Shown here piece by piece: positions 56,252 through 64,000 of a stretch of DNA of 64,000 nucleotides. Below the pieces are notes generated by a model. It had not been told where the DNA came from and ran no database searches. It saw only the letters and a program-made list of their open reading frames with translations. Each line of letters opens with the position of its first letter. Position 1 is the first letter of the stretch. Source of the stretch: a virus; the IMG/VR virus record IMGVR_UViG_3300035199_001057, positions 25,131 through 89,130 of that record. One strand, given 5' to 3'. A program made the position numbers and the translations under genes.

Positions 56252-57052
56252 TTAAATTGCGAATTCTTCGGTTTCCTCGGCATCGACGTCAAGGGGGGTC
56301 TCGTCGCCTTCGTAATCGGGAGATTCTGGTTCGCTACTTGTGATTTGAAGCTCCTCTTCAAATTTATCAAAATAGAGCTTAAGATTCGTCAGTAAGTAAT
56401 CATAAAACAGATCTCGATCTTCCGCATTGGCCAAGCTCTCAAAAGCGTCGAGGATCTGTTTTTCCACTTTGTTAAAGGTAATTGAGGCAAAGTTTCTTCC
56501 TGTTAAGTCTTCACCAGCGATGGTGAAAGTATCCTCTTCCTCTTCTTCTGTCTCTTCGTCTTCCATGTCCACATCACGAACAGGAATAAATTTATCTTCC
56601 GAACCGTCGTCGTCTACGTTAATCGTAAGATCTTGTTCTTCCAAAGGCTCTTCGGCCACTGCAGCCTCTTCTGAATCTAGATCTGCTACAACTTCAACCG
56701 GCTTGAGGGTATTTTCAATAGCGTTTAGGATGTGCGAACGGAACGAGGTGCGCTGTTCGCTTGCGCTAGTAAGCGCTTTGTACCCTTCTTCAACAATAGG
56801 GATAATATTTCTCAGCAGTTCCTCTAGTACGTTAATGCCCGTATTTTGGTGGGGCTGCGCATCGGGTACATCTGTTTTAGCAGCTTCTACAACTAATTTG
56901 CGCACAATGGCGCGGAGACGCTGCTCTGTTTTGCTTTCTTTTAGGACATCCGCTTTTTTATTCTCTAAAAAGCGCTTCAAGTCTTTTCGAATTAACTGGC
57001 GTAAACGCTTCTCTTCTTTTATTTCGTTAATCATTTCATCGCGATCAATCAT
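56252..57052 (-). CDS. Acidic hypothetical protein, probable head-associated/internal protein
   Basis: Repeated (I/L/V)xE motifs (INE, LKE, VVE, LEE) and LR.LIR; very acidic. Confidence 0.7.
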   Translation of the reverse strand: MIDRDEMINEIKEEKRLRQLIRKDLKRFLENKKADVLKESKTEQRLRAIVRKLVVEAAKTDVPDAQPHQNTGINVLEELLRNIIPIVEEGYKALTSASEQRTSFRSHILNAIENTLKPVEVVADLDSEEAAVAEEPLEEQDLTINVDDDGSEDKFIPVRDVDMEDEETEEEEEDTFTIAGEDLTGRNFASITFNKVEKQILDAFESLANAEDRDLFYDYLLTNLKLYFDKFEEELQITSSEPESPDYEGDETPLDVDAEETEEFAI

Positions 57053-57055
57053 ATT

Positions 57056-59179
57056 TTAGCCCTCAAGGTTGTTTAGTAAATAGTTGTAGAATTCATTAAC
57101 AATTTCGTCTTCTTCTTCTTTTTTCCCCGAACCGCCTGCGACGGCACCCGCGCCCATGGCAGATATTTCTTCCAGATCTTCTTCCTCTTCGTCCTCATCG
57201 CCGGATACGCGGCGTTTTCCCACATAGGGAGGATTGCTCAACCCGGGTTGAAATGACCCAAACATATCCGTCTCTTCTATCACTTCTTCCATCAGCCCAC
57301 GAAAAATGCCCAGATGATACTGGGCCTCCTCAATATTGGCTGTACCAAGCTTATCTTTAATTATATCATATATTTCAGGATCATAAAAGCCCATTATTTT
57401 TTCAAACGTTTCTTCGTCTGCGTGTTCAAGCGCACTGCGCAGATTAGTACCTGACATTTCTCCCACTTCGGGGATGTCAATCGAAACATGGGGGGCAATT
57501 GCGATATAACCATGCTTGCCCCAACCTTCCAGGTCTTCACCTCTGTGGTATTCGCGAAGATAGCGGGGAGAACCGTCCTTCTTTACGCCGCCCAAAGCTG
57601 CGAAGCGAGGATCTTCGGCCATATCTTTAGCCCCCACGTAGTATATAACGGCCGTAGTATTGGGATCAAAATCCTCAAGAATTTCTAGTGCCTTATAAGG
57701 GTTTTTAGTGTTTACCACCCGAGAAGAAGCAATATCGTGCTGAGACGCAATCACTTGTTTATCGGAGAAGTCAAAAGGAGAGCGCGGTGGCGAGACTTTA
57801 CCCGATGTCGCTATAAAGGTATGGTCGTAGCCCCTTTCGTCTTGAATTTTTCGAAAAACTTCCGCATGGTGGCGCCCCATGGGCTGAAATCTACCCGGGT
57901 AAATACCCACGATGTTCTCTATTCTATCAGTCTGCTCGTTTAAGCTCATTGGAGGCATATTACCCCTACCGTACTTAAATAAACCTAATAACTGATTAAT
58001 GGGGGCGAAATTGCCGGTAAATTTATACATCGCGCAATCCCCGCCTTTGTGACAGTATTGAAAAGCAAACCCTTCCACTACAGTGTCGACATTATCATGA
58101 TGTTTTAATTTTTCTAATTGGCGACGTAATATGTCATGCGCTTCGTCCTTATAGGGCCCTTGATACTTTTGAATTGCGCGAATCGCGGCTTCAACTTCTG
58201 TTTTTAACTTGGCCACCTCATGTTCATTGTCTAAAACATAAGCGCTGTGCAGTCCACGCAACAATTCCACAGCAAAGTCATGTATCGCCGCCTCAATGGG
58301 CCACATTTTGCTCTTGATGAGCCCGGGCGCGCTTTCTTTAACAAATAAGGTAATCTGATCTTTAAGATCGCGGCTTAAGCCCTTACCGATCTGGGTCAGA
58401 CTTAGGTACTCTTCTCTTTTTAATATCCGCGTCACGACTTGACGCTGCTTCTCCTCATCTAAATCGGGGACCTGTATCTTTATCTCTCGTAAAAGCGCCC
58501 TTTCTAAAAGGTCATCAATTGTAACATCGCCTGCCAATCCGGCAGCCTTAATGCGCGCTAGCGTATCGTCAATTATGCGCTCGTCTGTAATATTATTAAG
58601 CTCTAAAAAAGCAGTTCGGCGGACGCTAAAAGGCTCAGTAGCCAGTACTGCTTCGAACCTATCAATAAGAGCGTCAAGAGCAGCCGATTCCTTTTCATTT
58701 TCAGCTACTTCTAACTGGTTGTTGTCGTGGTTATAACGTTTATGACCCATCCGATGAATATTGATAACATTATCATCATAGTTGATCACATTAGCGGCCA
58801 ATGGCCCTTGGATTTCAGCGTTATAAAATATTTCCCCGTCTTCCCCAAAAATAGAAGTAATTTCTTTTTCTGAAAGCGTGCTAACGGCTTTGGCGTACGC
58901 ATCAAAAGCTTCTACATAAGCCTTCCGCGCCTTTTCGCCGCCTTGAAATTTACGAGCGAGCAGATCATCAAAAGTCATGCCGCCTTTGGCCATGTCACCC
59001 TTGTTACGGGCTGCGCGAGGTTCTCCATTAACGTAACCCAAGAAGATATTAAAACCATCTGTCTTTTCAGTGCCCACAAGTTCGCCTGCGGCCGCCTTCA
59101 TCAGAATATCGGCAATATCATCATAAGTTAAGTCTCTATTGTCATAGAGATGATTTAAATGTCCGGAAACGCCGCCCAT
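57056..59179 (-). CDS. Fusion: ligase-like nucleotidyltransferase domain (KxDG) + HIGH-class cytidylyltransferase-like domain
   Basis: GHLNHLYD...TEKTDGFN...EGFAF...YKFTGNFAPINQLLG; IYPGRFQPMGRHH, SPFDFSDK, VGAKD, MSGTNLR; acidic tail. Confidence 0.7.
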   Translation of the reverse strand: MGGVSGHLNHLYDNRDLTYDDIADILMKAAAGELVGTEKTDGFNIFLGYVNGEPRAARNKGDMAKGGMTFDDLLARKFQGGEKARKAYVEAFDAYAKAVSTLSEKEITSIFGEDGEIFYNAEIQGPLAANVINYDDNVINIHRMGHKRYNHDNNQLEVAENEKESAALDALIDRFEAVLATEPFSVRRTAFLELNNITDERIIDDTLARIKAAGLAGDVTIDDLLERALLREIKIQVPDLDEEKQRQVVTRILKREEYLSLTQIGKGLSRDLKDQITLFVKESAPGLIKSKMWPIEAAIHDFAVELLRGLHSAYVLDNEHEVAKLKTEVEAAIRAIQKYQGPYKDEAHDILRRQLEKLKHHDNVDTVVEGFAFQYCHKGGDCAMYKFTGNFAPINQLLGLFKYGRGNMPPMSLNEQTDRIENIVGIYPGRFQPMGRHHAEVFRKIQDERGYDHTFIATSGKVSPPRSPFDFSDKQVIASQHDIASSRVVNTKNPYKALEILEDFDPNTTAVIYYVGAKDMAEDPRFAALGGVKKDGSPRYLREYHRGEDLEGWGKHGYIAIAPHVSIDIPEVGEMSGTNLRSALEHADEETFEKIMGFYDPEIYDIIKDKLGTANIEEAQYHLGIFRGLMEEVIEETDMFGSFQPGLSNPPYVGKRRVSGDEDEEEEDLEEISAMGAGAVAGGSGKKEEEDEIVNEFYNYLLNNLEG
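57077..57084 (-). promoter_or_regulatory. Putative late-promoter motif ACTATTTA
   Basis: 25 nt upstream of the 57052 start, inside the end of the preceding gene. Confidence 0.5.
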
Positions 59180-59440
59180 TTATTTCCCCTCTTCTAATAC
59201 CTTTACTTGTTCTTCTAAAAGCGTGATTTTTTCTTCTAATTTGCGGTTCAATTTCTTTATTTCGTTGAGATGTTGGCGCGCAACACTTAGTTGACGACTT
59301 TCGCGTTGGCTTTTGGGAATAAAATGCTCTAGAATATTAACAACAGACTCTACATAAGCGCGTACGCTCGGTCGGCTTTTAGCCTCCCCCAACAAGAATC
59401 GTTTTGTTAGTCGGTTGAGATCAACCTTCACTTTTTTCAC
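59180..59440 (-). CDS. Small coiled-coil hypothetical protein
   Basis: 86 aa with C-terminal heptads; coupled to neighbours. Confidence 0.7.
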   Translation of the reverse strand: MKKVKVDLNRLTKRFLLGEAKSRPSVRAYVESVVNILEHFIPKSQRESRQLSVARQHLNEIKKLNRKLEEKITLLEEQVKVLEEGK

Positions 59441-60203
59441 TCAAGATATCTTGAATTACACCAGAAACCATCTCACGCAAAGCGGCTTCTTCGTCTTCTT
59501 CTAGATCGCGTATACGCGCTTGAGGGTCAATAGGGTGTGGGTCAGCTTTAATCTGTGCTTCCTCTTCTTCCTCTAAAGCTTCTTCGCTGGGGTATTCTTT
59601 CTGTACCCCTTCGTAGTTATCGATGAGGTTAACCACGGGCACGATATCTTCGTTAATTTCTTGTTTTTCGGGCGCTTTAAAGCCCCATTTTTCCATCAAG
59701 AGGGTGTTGAGTTCTTGATTTTTCCAATCTTTTGTCGACATTGATCGATCTCCTTTGTTTTTAGTGCTTCTATAAATAGTTTCATAAAGCTGAATATTGC
59801 TACTCTTTAAATTGTCTTCCCAGTCGCGAAAAAATAAATTTCCACATTCGTAAGCTTCTCGTTCCATTTCTCGCAAGTGTTCGTTGTTTTGAGCGTAGCC
59901 CTCTTCCGTGGCGCCATGCTCAGATCCTAGATCTCCGCGGCAATTTTGCATATGATGAACTAGTTCGTGCGACAGAGAGCGCAATATGTCTTTAGGGTGC
60001 CGCGCCGACGTATATACTGTGATTTTCATCGTCCCGGGCTCATAGGCCGCAGTGCGACCCAGCGGGTTTTTACTGTTGGCTGTATCTTCTAGAAACTCAA
60101 CCGCGGGTTCCTCCGTAAGAGAAAATTTCTTAATAAAAGAAGCAACGAGATTATCGGATAGTTTTTGTAGATTTTGCATAGAAGCCTTATAGTGTAACAT
60201 CAA
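59421..60203 (-). CDS. HExxH metallopeptidase-like protein with acidic C-terminal domain (start probably 60179)
   Basis: TAAY.P, RHPKDILRSLSHELVHHMQN, MEREAY. Confidence 0.75.
   Translation of the reverse strand: MMLHYKASMQNLQKLSDNLVASFIKKFSLTEEPAVEFLEDTANSKNPLGRTAAYEPGTMKITVYTSARHPKDILRSLSHELVHHMQNCRGDLGSEHGATEEGYAQNNEHLREMEREAYECGNLFFRDWEDNLKSSNIQLYETIYRSTKNKGDRSMSTKDWKNQELNTLLMEKWGFKAPEKQEINEDIVPVVNLIDNYEGVQKEYPSEEALEEEEEAQIKADPHPIDPQARIRDLEEDEEAALREMVSGVIQDILSEKSEG
59773..59780 (-). promoter_or_regulatory. Putative internal late-promoter motif ACTATTTA(TA)
   Basis: Followed by AAGGAG and an in-frame ATG at 59741. Confidence 0.55.
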
Positions 60204-60211
60204 TAATTAGT
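60204..60211 (-). promoter_or_regulatory. Putative late-promoter motif ACTAATTA
   Basis: Intergenic, 25 nt upstream of ATG 60179. Confidence 0.5.
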
Positions 60212-60254
60212 TATATTAACGGCTTACTACTAGAAATATATAGATTTAAATAGA

Positions 60255-60614
60255 TTACCAATATCCGTTTGTTATCTCACCAATCGCGTTGTGAAAACAA
60301 ATTACTTCGTACGCAATACACGCATGTTTATAAAAGATATACCCATAAATAAGTAAACAAACAGCTAAAGCATACTTGACAATTGGATATTGGCGTATTT
60401 TCCACAAGATAATTCCGCTAAGAAAAGTCACCCCCAGTTTCACATACATAAAAAGGCTTAAATCTATATCCATCAACGCAGCCATCAGCGGGTTGGCTTC
60501 ATCAGCGTAATTATGGTTAACCCAGAGCGCAGACGCAAACGCATCAATTATACAAAATCCCATCAAAAAGACTAAAAGTACACCGAAGATCTGATCATAA
60601 TATTTAATTTTCAC
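60255..60614 (-). CDS. DUF5658-like membrane protein
   Basis: Three hydrophobic segments; D...EANPLM...K motif; GTG at 60614. Confidence 0.7.
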   Translation of the reverse strand: MKIKYYDQIFGVLLVFLMGFCIIDAFASALWVNHNYADEANPLMAALMDIDLSLFMYVKLGVTFLSGIILWKIRQYPIVKYALAVCLLIYGYIFYKHACIAYEVICFHNAIGEITNGYW

Positions 60615-60840
60615 GAAGAGTATCCTCCTCGCAAGAATTACTTGCGTCTCCTTCCACCTGTTGAAGGCGCGCAATCAGTTCCAAGAGATCTTCCTTTGTA
60701 AGACATGTACCTTCTAACCCCTCTAAAGCCTCGGATACAATACTTTCACACTTGCTGGTTGCGTTGTCTATCCTTTTCTCTATGCCACACCCTATAATAA
60801 GAAACATCGAAAATAGAGTAGCTAAAGTGGCATTTTTCAT
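60604..60840 (-). CDS. Small putative lipoprotein
   Basis: MKNATLATLFSMFLIIGC lipobox; GGAGG RBS. Confidence 0.7.
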   Translation of the reverse strand: MKNATLATLFSMFLIIGCGIEKRIDNATSKCESIVSEALEGLEGTCLTKEDLLELIARLQQVEGDASNSCEEDTLREN

Positions 60841-62933
60841 GGCGTCTCAGGCGCCTCCTCCCCGCATGCGGTTTCACTCAATATTTCGGACAGGTGATTA
60901 TAGATTTCCGTGGTGGATGTGGAAAGGGGATACCATTTTCCTTTATCGCTGGCAATTGAGAGTGCTTCCCACCCCGCATTACCAGTTTTATAATAAGAGG
61001 GAGAAAAAGTATATATCGACAGGCGTGGATCTTGAGGGATTAAATTCACGAGAATGTTTTGGTTAATGTAACCACCATATGGCCCTCCGGAATTGGGATT
61101 GACAGGTGCCACTACATCAGATGTTAGATAACTTTGCCCCTGCTCATCCGAAAATACTATAATTACATGATTTGCGTTCGGCCGCCACTGTACATTAAAA
61201 CTTTGCAACGTGGGATCTGAATCCACAGCAGAACTCCACTTAAGATCCTTCTTCTGATAAGGGAGTGCCGATGGGGGGATAATCCCTTCAAATAGAAGGT
61301 ATATCACATCATAAAGCATTTCATAGCCACCTTGTGTTTGGAACCCGGTACCGGCAATTGTCTGATAAAAGGTGTCAAAAGGCTCTAAATCTGATACGAT
61401 AACCGCCTTTTCGATCCAATCTGCCTGATAGGTGGGGGCGTATATAAAGCCCCACTTGACGGCGCTTTGATCGGCGAATTCATTGGAGAAAATGTTGAAT
61501 GCTGCGAGCACCGCGTTGATTTCTTCATCCATGGAGCCTGACCCATCGACAATAAAAATGATATCGGTATCTTGCATTTCCTTGCCATCATCAATCTTTC
61601 CATCACAATTGTCATCCTGGCCATTACACGCGTCTTTATCGTCCGGAATTACCTCATCTAGACACAAATTGGGGACGAAAACCTCACCGGTGCCGTACAT
61701 AGCATAATTTCCCCATTCTCCAGCATCGCAGATCATCTCGCCTGGCATACATATTCCGATATCTATGGTCTCAAGTGGCCCGGTATAGCACGCTTGGGTC
61801 AGATTTTCATCGATTAATTGGTTACAATTTTCATCATGATTGTTACAAACTTCTTCTAGGATAACTTGACCCACCAAAGGGTCACATGGTACCGGTCCCG
61901 CTGCGGGGACATAAGCACAAAGCGCTTGGCACTCACTCATGGCCAACGCGTCGCACTCTGGAGTAACACATTCACATGTCTTAAACCCCTGGCCGCACTT
62001 TAAAGGCGGTTCAGCGCAAGGATACAATACCCCTATTTGGTCCCAAGTACACAGACAATTGAGTTCTTCGTCAATCATCCCGTCACAATCATTATCTTGG
62101 CCATCGCAAACTTCAGGGAGCGGTTGTTCCGCGGTACAGAACCACGCGCCGTCCACACAGATATTAATATTCTCTTCACAAACAGTATTACATTTGTCAA
62201 TCAACCCTTCATCGGTCTTACCATTGCAATCATTATCTACCCCATCACATATTTCTTCAGGGGTGGGCCCACAGAGGCCACATTCGTTCAATTGGCCCTC
62301 ATCCACTAAATCATCGCAATCGTTATCGACATAATCACACACTTCTTCAGCCGGAAGGGGAGCATCACAAGCTATAACCTCCCCATCAACACAAACCCCT
62401 AGGCCATCGCCGCATATAGTATTACAGGGATATTCGCCTTCGTCGGTGGTACCATCACAATCATTATCCAAACCATCACAGATTTCTTCTATACAAGGGT
62501 CACAAACACCATACTCAAAGAACCCTTTGTGACAATAGACTTTAAGGAACCCATTTACCCCATCAGCCGTAACACATTCTTCTTCGCGAATAACCTCATT
62601 GGTGGGAATACACTCTAAAACCTCTTCACATTCGCCCATTTCAATGATTTTGTTCCCATCACATGTATCTACAATGGCCTTGGCTCGCCAAACCTCATCT
62701 AGAGGCGGACAGTAATAATACCACGTGTCATAACAGTCATCTTCATATTTTTTTTTGGAATATTCTATGTAAGCGTCGGAAGGAGTCCAAACTAGAATGT
62801 CCGGAATATTATATTGTATGGTTCCGCCCGATCCGCCCTGTTTTTTAGAGCAACTGGTCACTAAAACCATGGCTAAACACACTAGCATGAATTTTTTGAA
62901 GATATTCGATGCTAATAATGTGTACCTTTTCAT
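60837..62933 (-). CDS. Lipoprotein with Cys-rich MopE-like repeats and C-terminal vWA domain
   Basis: LVTSC lipobox; six E.CDG.DNDCDG..DE-type repeats; DIIFIVDGSGSM (MIDAS DxSxS), IVFSDE; ATG at 62933. Confidence 0.85.
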   Translation of the reverse strand: MKRYTLLASNIFKKFMLVCLAMVLVTSCSKKQGGSGGTIQYNIPDILVWTPSDAYIEYSKKKYEDDCYDTWYYYCPPLDEVWRAKAIVDTCDGNKIIEMGECEEVLECIPTNEVIREEECVTADGVNGFLKVYCHKGFFEYGVCDPCIEEICDGLDNDCDGTTDEGEYPCNTICGDGLGVCVDGEVIACDAPLPAEEVCDYVDNDCDDLVDEGQLNECGLCGPTPEEICDGVDNDCNGKTDEGLIDKCNTVCEENINICVDGAWFCTAEQPLPEVCDGQDNDCDGMIDEELNCLCTWDQIGVLYPCAEPPLKCGQGFKTCECVTPECDALAMSECQALCAYVPAAGPVPCDPLVGQVILEEVCNNHDENCNQLIDENLTQACYTGPLETIDIGICMPGEMICDAGEWGNYAMYGTGEVFVPNLCLDEVIPDDKDACNGQDDNCDGKIDDGKEMQDTDIIFIVDGSGSMDEEINAVLAAFNIFSNEFADQSAVKWGFIYAPTYQADWIEKAVIVSDLEPFDTFYQTIAGTGFQTQGGYEMLYDVIYLLFEGIIPPSALPYQKKDLKWSSAVDSDPTLQSFNVQWRPNANHVIIVFSDEQGQSYLTSDVVAPVNPNSGGPYGGYINQNILVNLIPQDPRLSIYTFSPSYYKTGNAGWEALSIASDKGKWYPLSTSTTEIYNHLSEILSETACGEEAPETP

Positions 62934-62994
62934 CCTATAGTAATTATAGCAGAAAAAATGCTTTTTAACTAGGTTTATGAACAAATGTTCGTTA

Positions 62995-63339
62995 TTATTT
63001 GATTTGTTGGGGTAATCGGACGAGGCGTACGCCCAAAATCTTGTCGCCCTGCTCGTCTTTGAGGACTTTGATCTTCTCTTTTATATAAGTAAGATATTCT
63101 GCGCCCGTGCCGGGCTCCATAAGGAATTTTAGACTAAGGGTTGAAATTTTATTGCCGGCATTGTCTTTTTCAGAGGCGTGCACCGTCTTGACAATGGTTA
63201 TTCCTGGTATAGCGCGGATCGCATTGTATATAACACCATATAAAGAGGTGTCCGGCTGCGATTTGATCGCTAGAATCATTTCATAGTGTTGTTTTGCCTC
63301 ATTTAAGTGTTTTTGCCAGTTTTCAAGCAAAATTTTCAT
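62995..63339 (-). CDS. Hypothetical protein with MKILLENWQKHLNE leader
   Basis: GAGG RBS, late motif upstream; leader typical of large-phage head proteins. Confidence 0.7.
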   Translation of the reverse strand: MKILLENWQKHLNEAKQHYEMILAIKSQPDTSLYGVIYNAIRAIPGITIVKTVHASEKDNAGNKISTLSLKFLMEPGTGAEYLTYIKEKIKVLKDEQGDKILGVRLVRLPQQIK

Positions 63340-63360
63340 ATTTAACCCTCTTTTACACGA

Positions 63361-63368
63361 TAATTAGT
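63361..63368 (-). promoter_or_regulatory. Putative late-promoter motif ACTAATTA
   Basis: 22 nt upstream of the 63339 start. Confidence 0.5.
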
Positions 63369-63573
63369 ATTTTAAGCGTGATATTTGCTGTAAAGTGAAG
63401 TCTAAACACCAAAAAACGTCCCCATTACTCCATAAGACCTTAATATCCGTAATCTTTTCCTCCGGATGGAAGGCTTGCGCCTCTTTTTTGTCTATTACAA
63501 GCCCCACACGCCTAACATTGTCAAAATGGACTAAATCCCCGATTTTAATGAATTTTTTACCATTTTTAGTCAT
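63364..63573 (-). CDS. Small hypothetical protein (SH3/KOW-like)
   Basis: IKIGDLV...GLVI...KVLWSNG pattern. Confidence 0.65.
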   Translation of the reverse strand: MTKNGKKFIKIGDLVHFDNVRRVGLVIDKKEAQAFHPEEKITDIKVLWSNGDVFWCLDFTLQQISRLKY

Positions 63574-64000
63574 TCCCTTCTTCTAGGGAGCCTCCAAAAC
63601 CCGGTGGAGCGCTCTTAGAACGCTTATAAGAGGGTTTTTCCATCTTTCCGCCCACATTGTAGGTGTTTTTACCCTGTCCGATCATCTTAAACTTCAATTT
63701 TGAGTAATTTTTCTTCACATTTTGCTGAAAATCTTCTTTTACAGGGTCTTCTGGGGGAGCTGCCTCTTCGAAAGTCTCTGGATTATCATCGATTCCGGCC
63801 AAAAGATCGTCGATACTAGTCGTTTTAGGGTCCCAAGGATCCTCCTCTGGTTCCATTTCCTCTGGTTCTTCTTTTTCAACCCTTTCAACGCCGTAATCGA
63901 GTTTACTTTTATAATTGGGATCAACTTTCCACACATATTTAAAGGGATCATCCGCGGAGGCATTAACTTCTTCTTCTTTTTCTTCAAAAGTTACATCTGG
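63566..64000 (-). CDS. Acidic hypothetical protein; partial, start lies beyond the right edge
   Basis: Frame is open to position 64000 (PDVTFEEKEEEVNASADDPFKYVWKVD...); ends RSKSAPPGFGGSLEEGND. Confidence 0.7.
   Translation of the reverse strand, partial: PDVTFEEKEEEVNASADDPFKYVWKVDPNYKSKLDYGVERVEKEEPEEMEPEEDPWDPKTTSIDDLLAGIDDNPETFEEAAPPEDPVKEDFQQNVKKNYSKLKFKMIGQGKNTYNVGGKMEKPSYKRSKSAPPGFGGSLEEGND

Noticed and set aside
56427-57059. 210-aa Ser-rich plus-strand ORF
   Set aside because: Antisense mirror of the Glu/Asp-rich gene (GAA/GAT codons read as Ser).
1-64000. Stop-codon reassignment, as seen in some large phages
   Set aside because: Code 11 gives long intact ORFs, and TAA, TAG and TGA all end genes at sensible overlaps.

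Overview
This window looks like part of a very large myovirus-type bacteriophage genome. It is gene-dense, uses the standard code, and all genes but one lie on the minus strand. In transcription order (right to left) it contains: (i) acidic, probably head-associated proteins, a Cys-rich MopE-repeat/vWA lipoprotein and a ligase-like/HIGH-class nucleotidyltransferase fusion; (ii) a Fis-like HTH gene whose end runs into a complete tmRNA (tag ANDNVEFDYALAA), then a tubulin/FtsZ-family GTPase, an archaeal-type GAPDH-like enzyme, a trypsin-like protease, PIN-PhoH and a Cas4-like nuclease; (iii) a ~24 kb glycan biosynthesis and modification island (about 24.6-48.3 kb) with about six glycosyltransferases, a GmhA-less heptose/octose-type module, an actinomycete-like dTDP-2,6-dideoxy/C-methyl sugar module, gmd, several methyltransferases and PAPS-dependent sulfation; (iv) a gp55-like sigma factor and a baseplate module (hub/spike with an M15-like peptidase, a 3224-aa protein, gp25, gp6, a DNRLRE-like protein and a >1750-aa LamG/wedge protein running off the left edge). 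Two promoter classes are visible: sigma70-type and a CTA(A/T/C)TTA motif. The main hypotheses are a virion glycosylation system with a candidate [ST][GAS]S sequon, a transaldolase-initiated NDP-octose/heptose route, and an arfA-like non-stop-mRNA circuit linking the Fis-like regulator to tmRNA processing. Host clues point to Myxococcota or related deltaproteobacteria. All family calls come from motif recognition by eye, not database searches.
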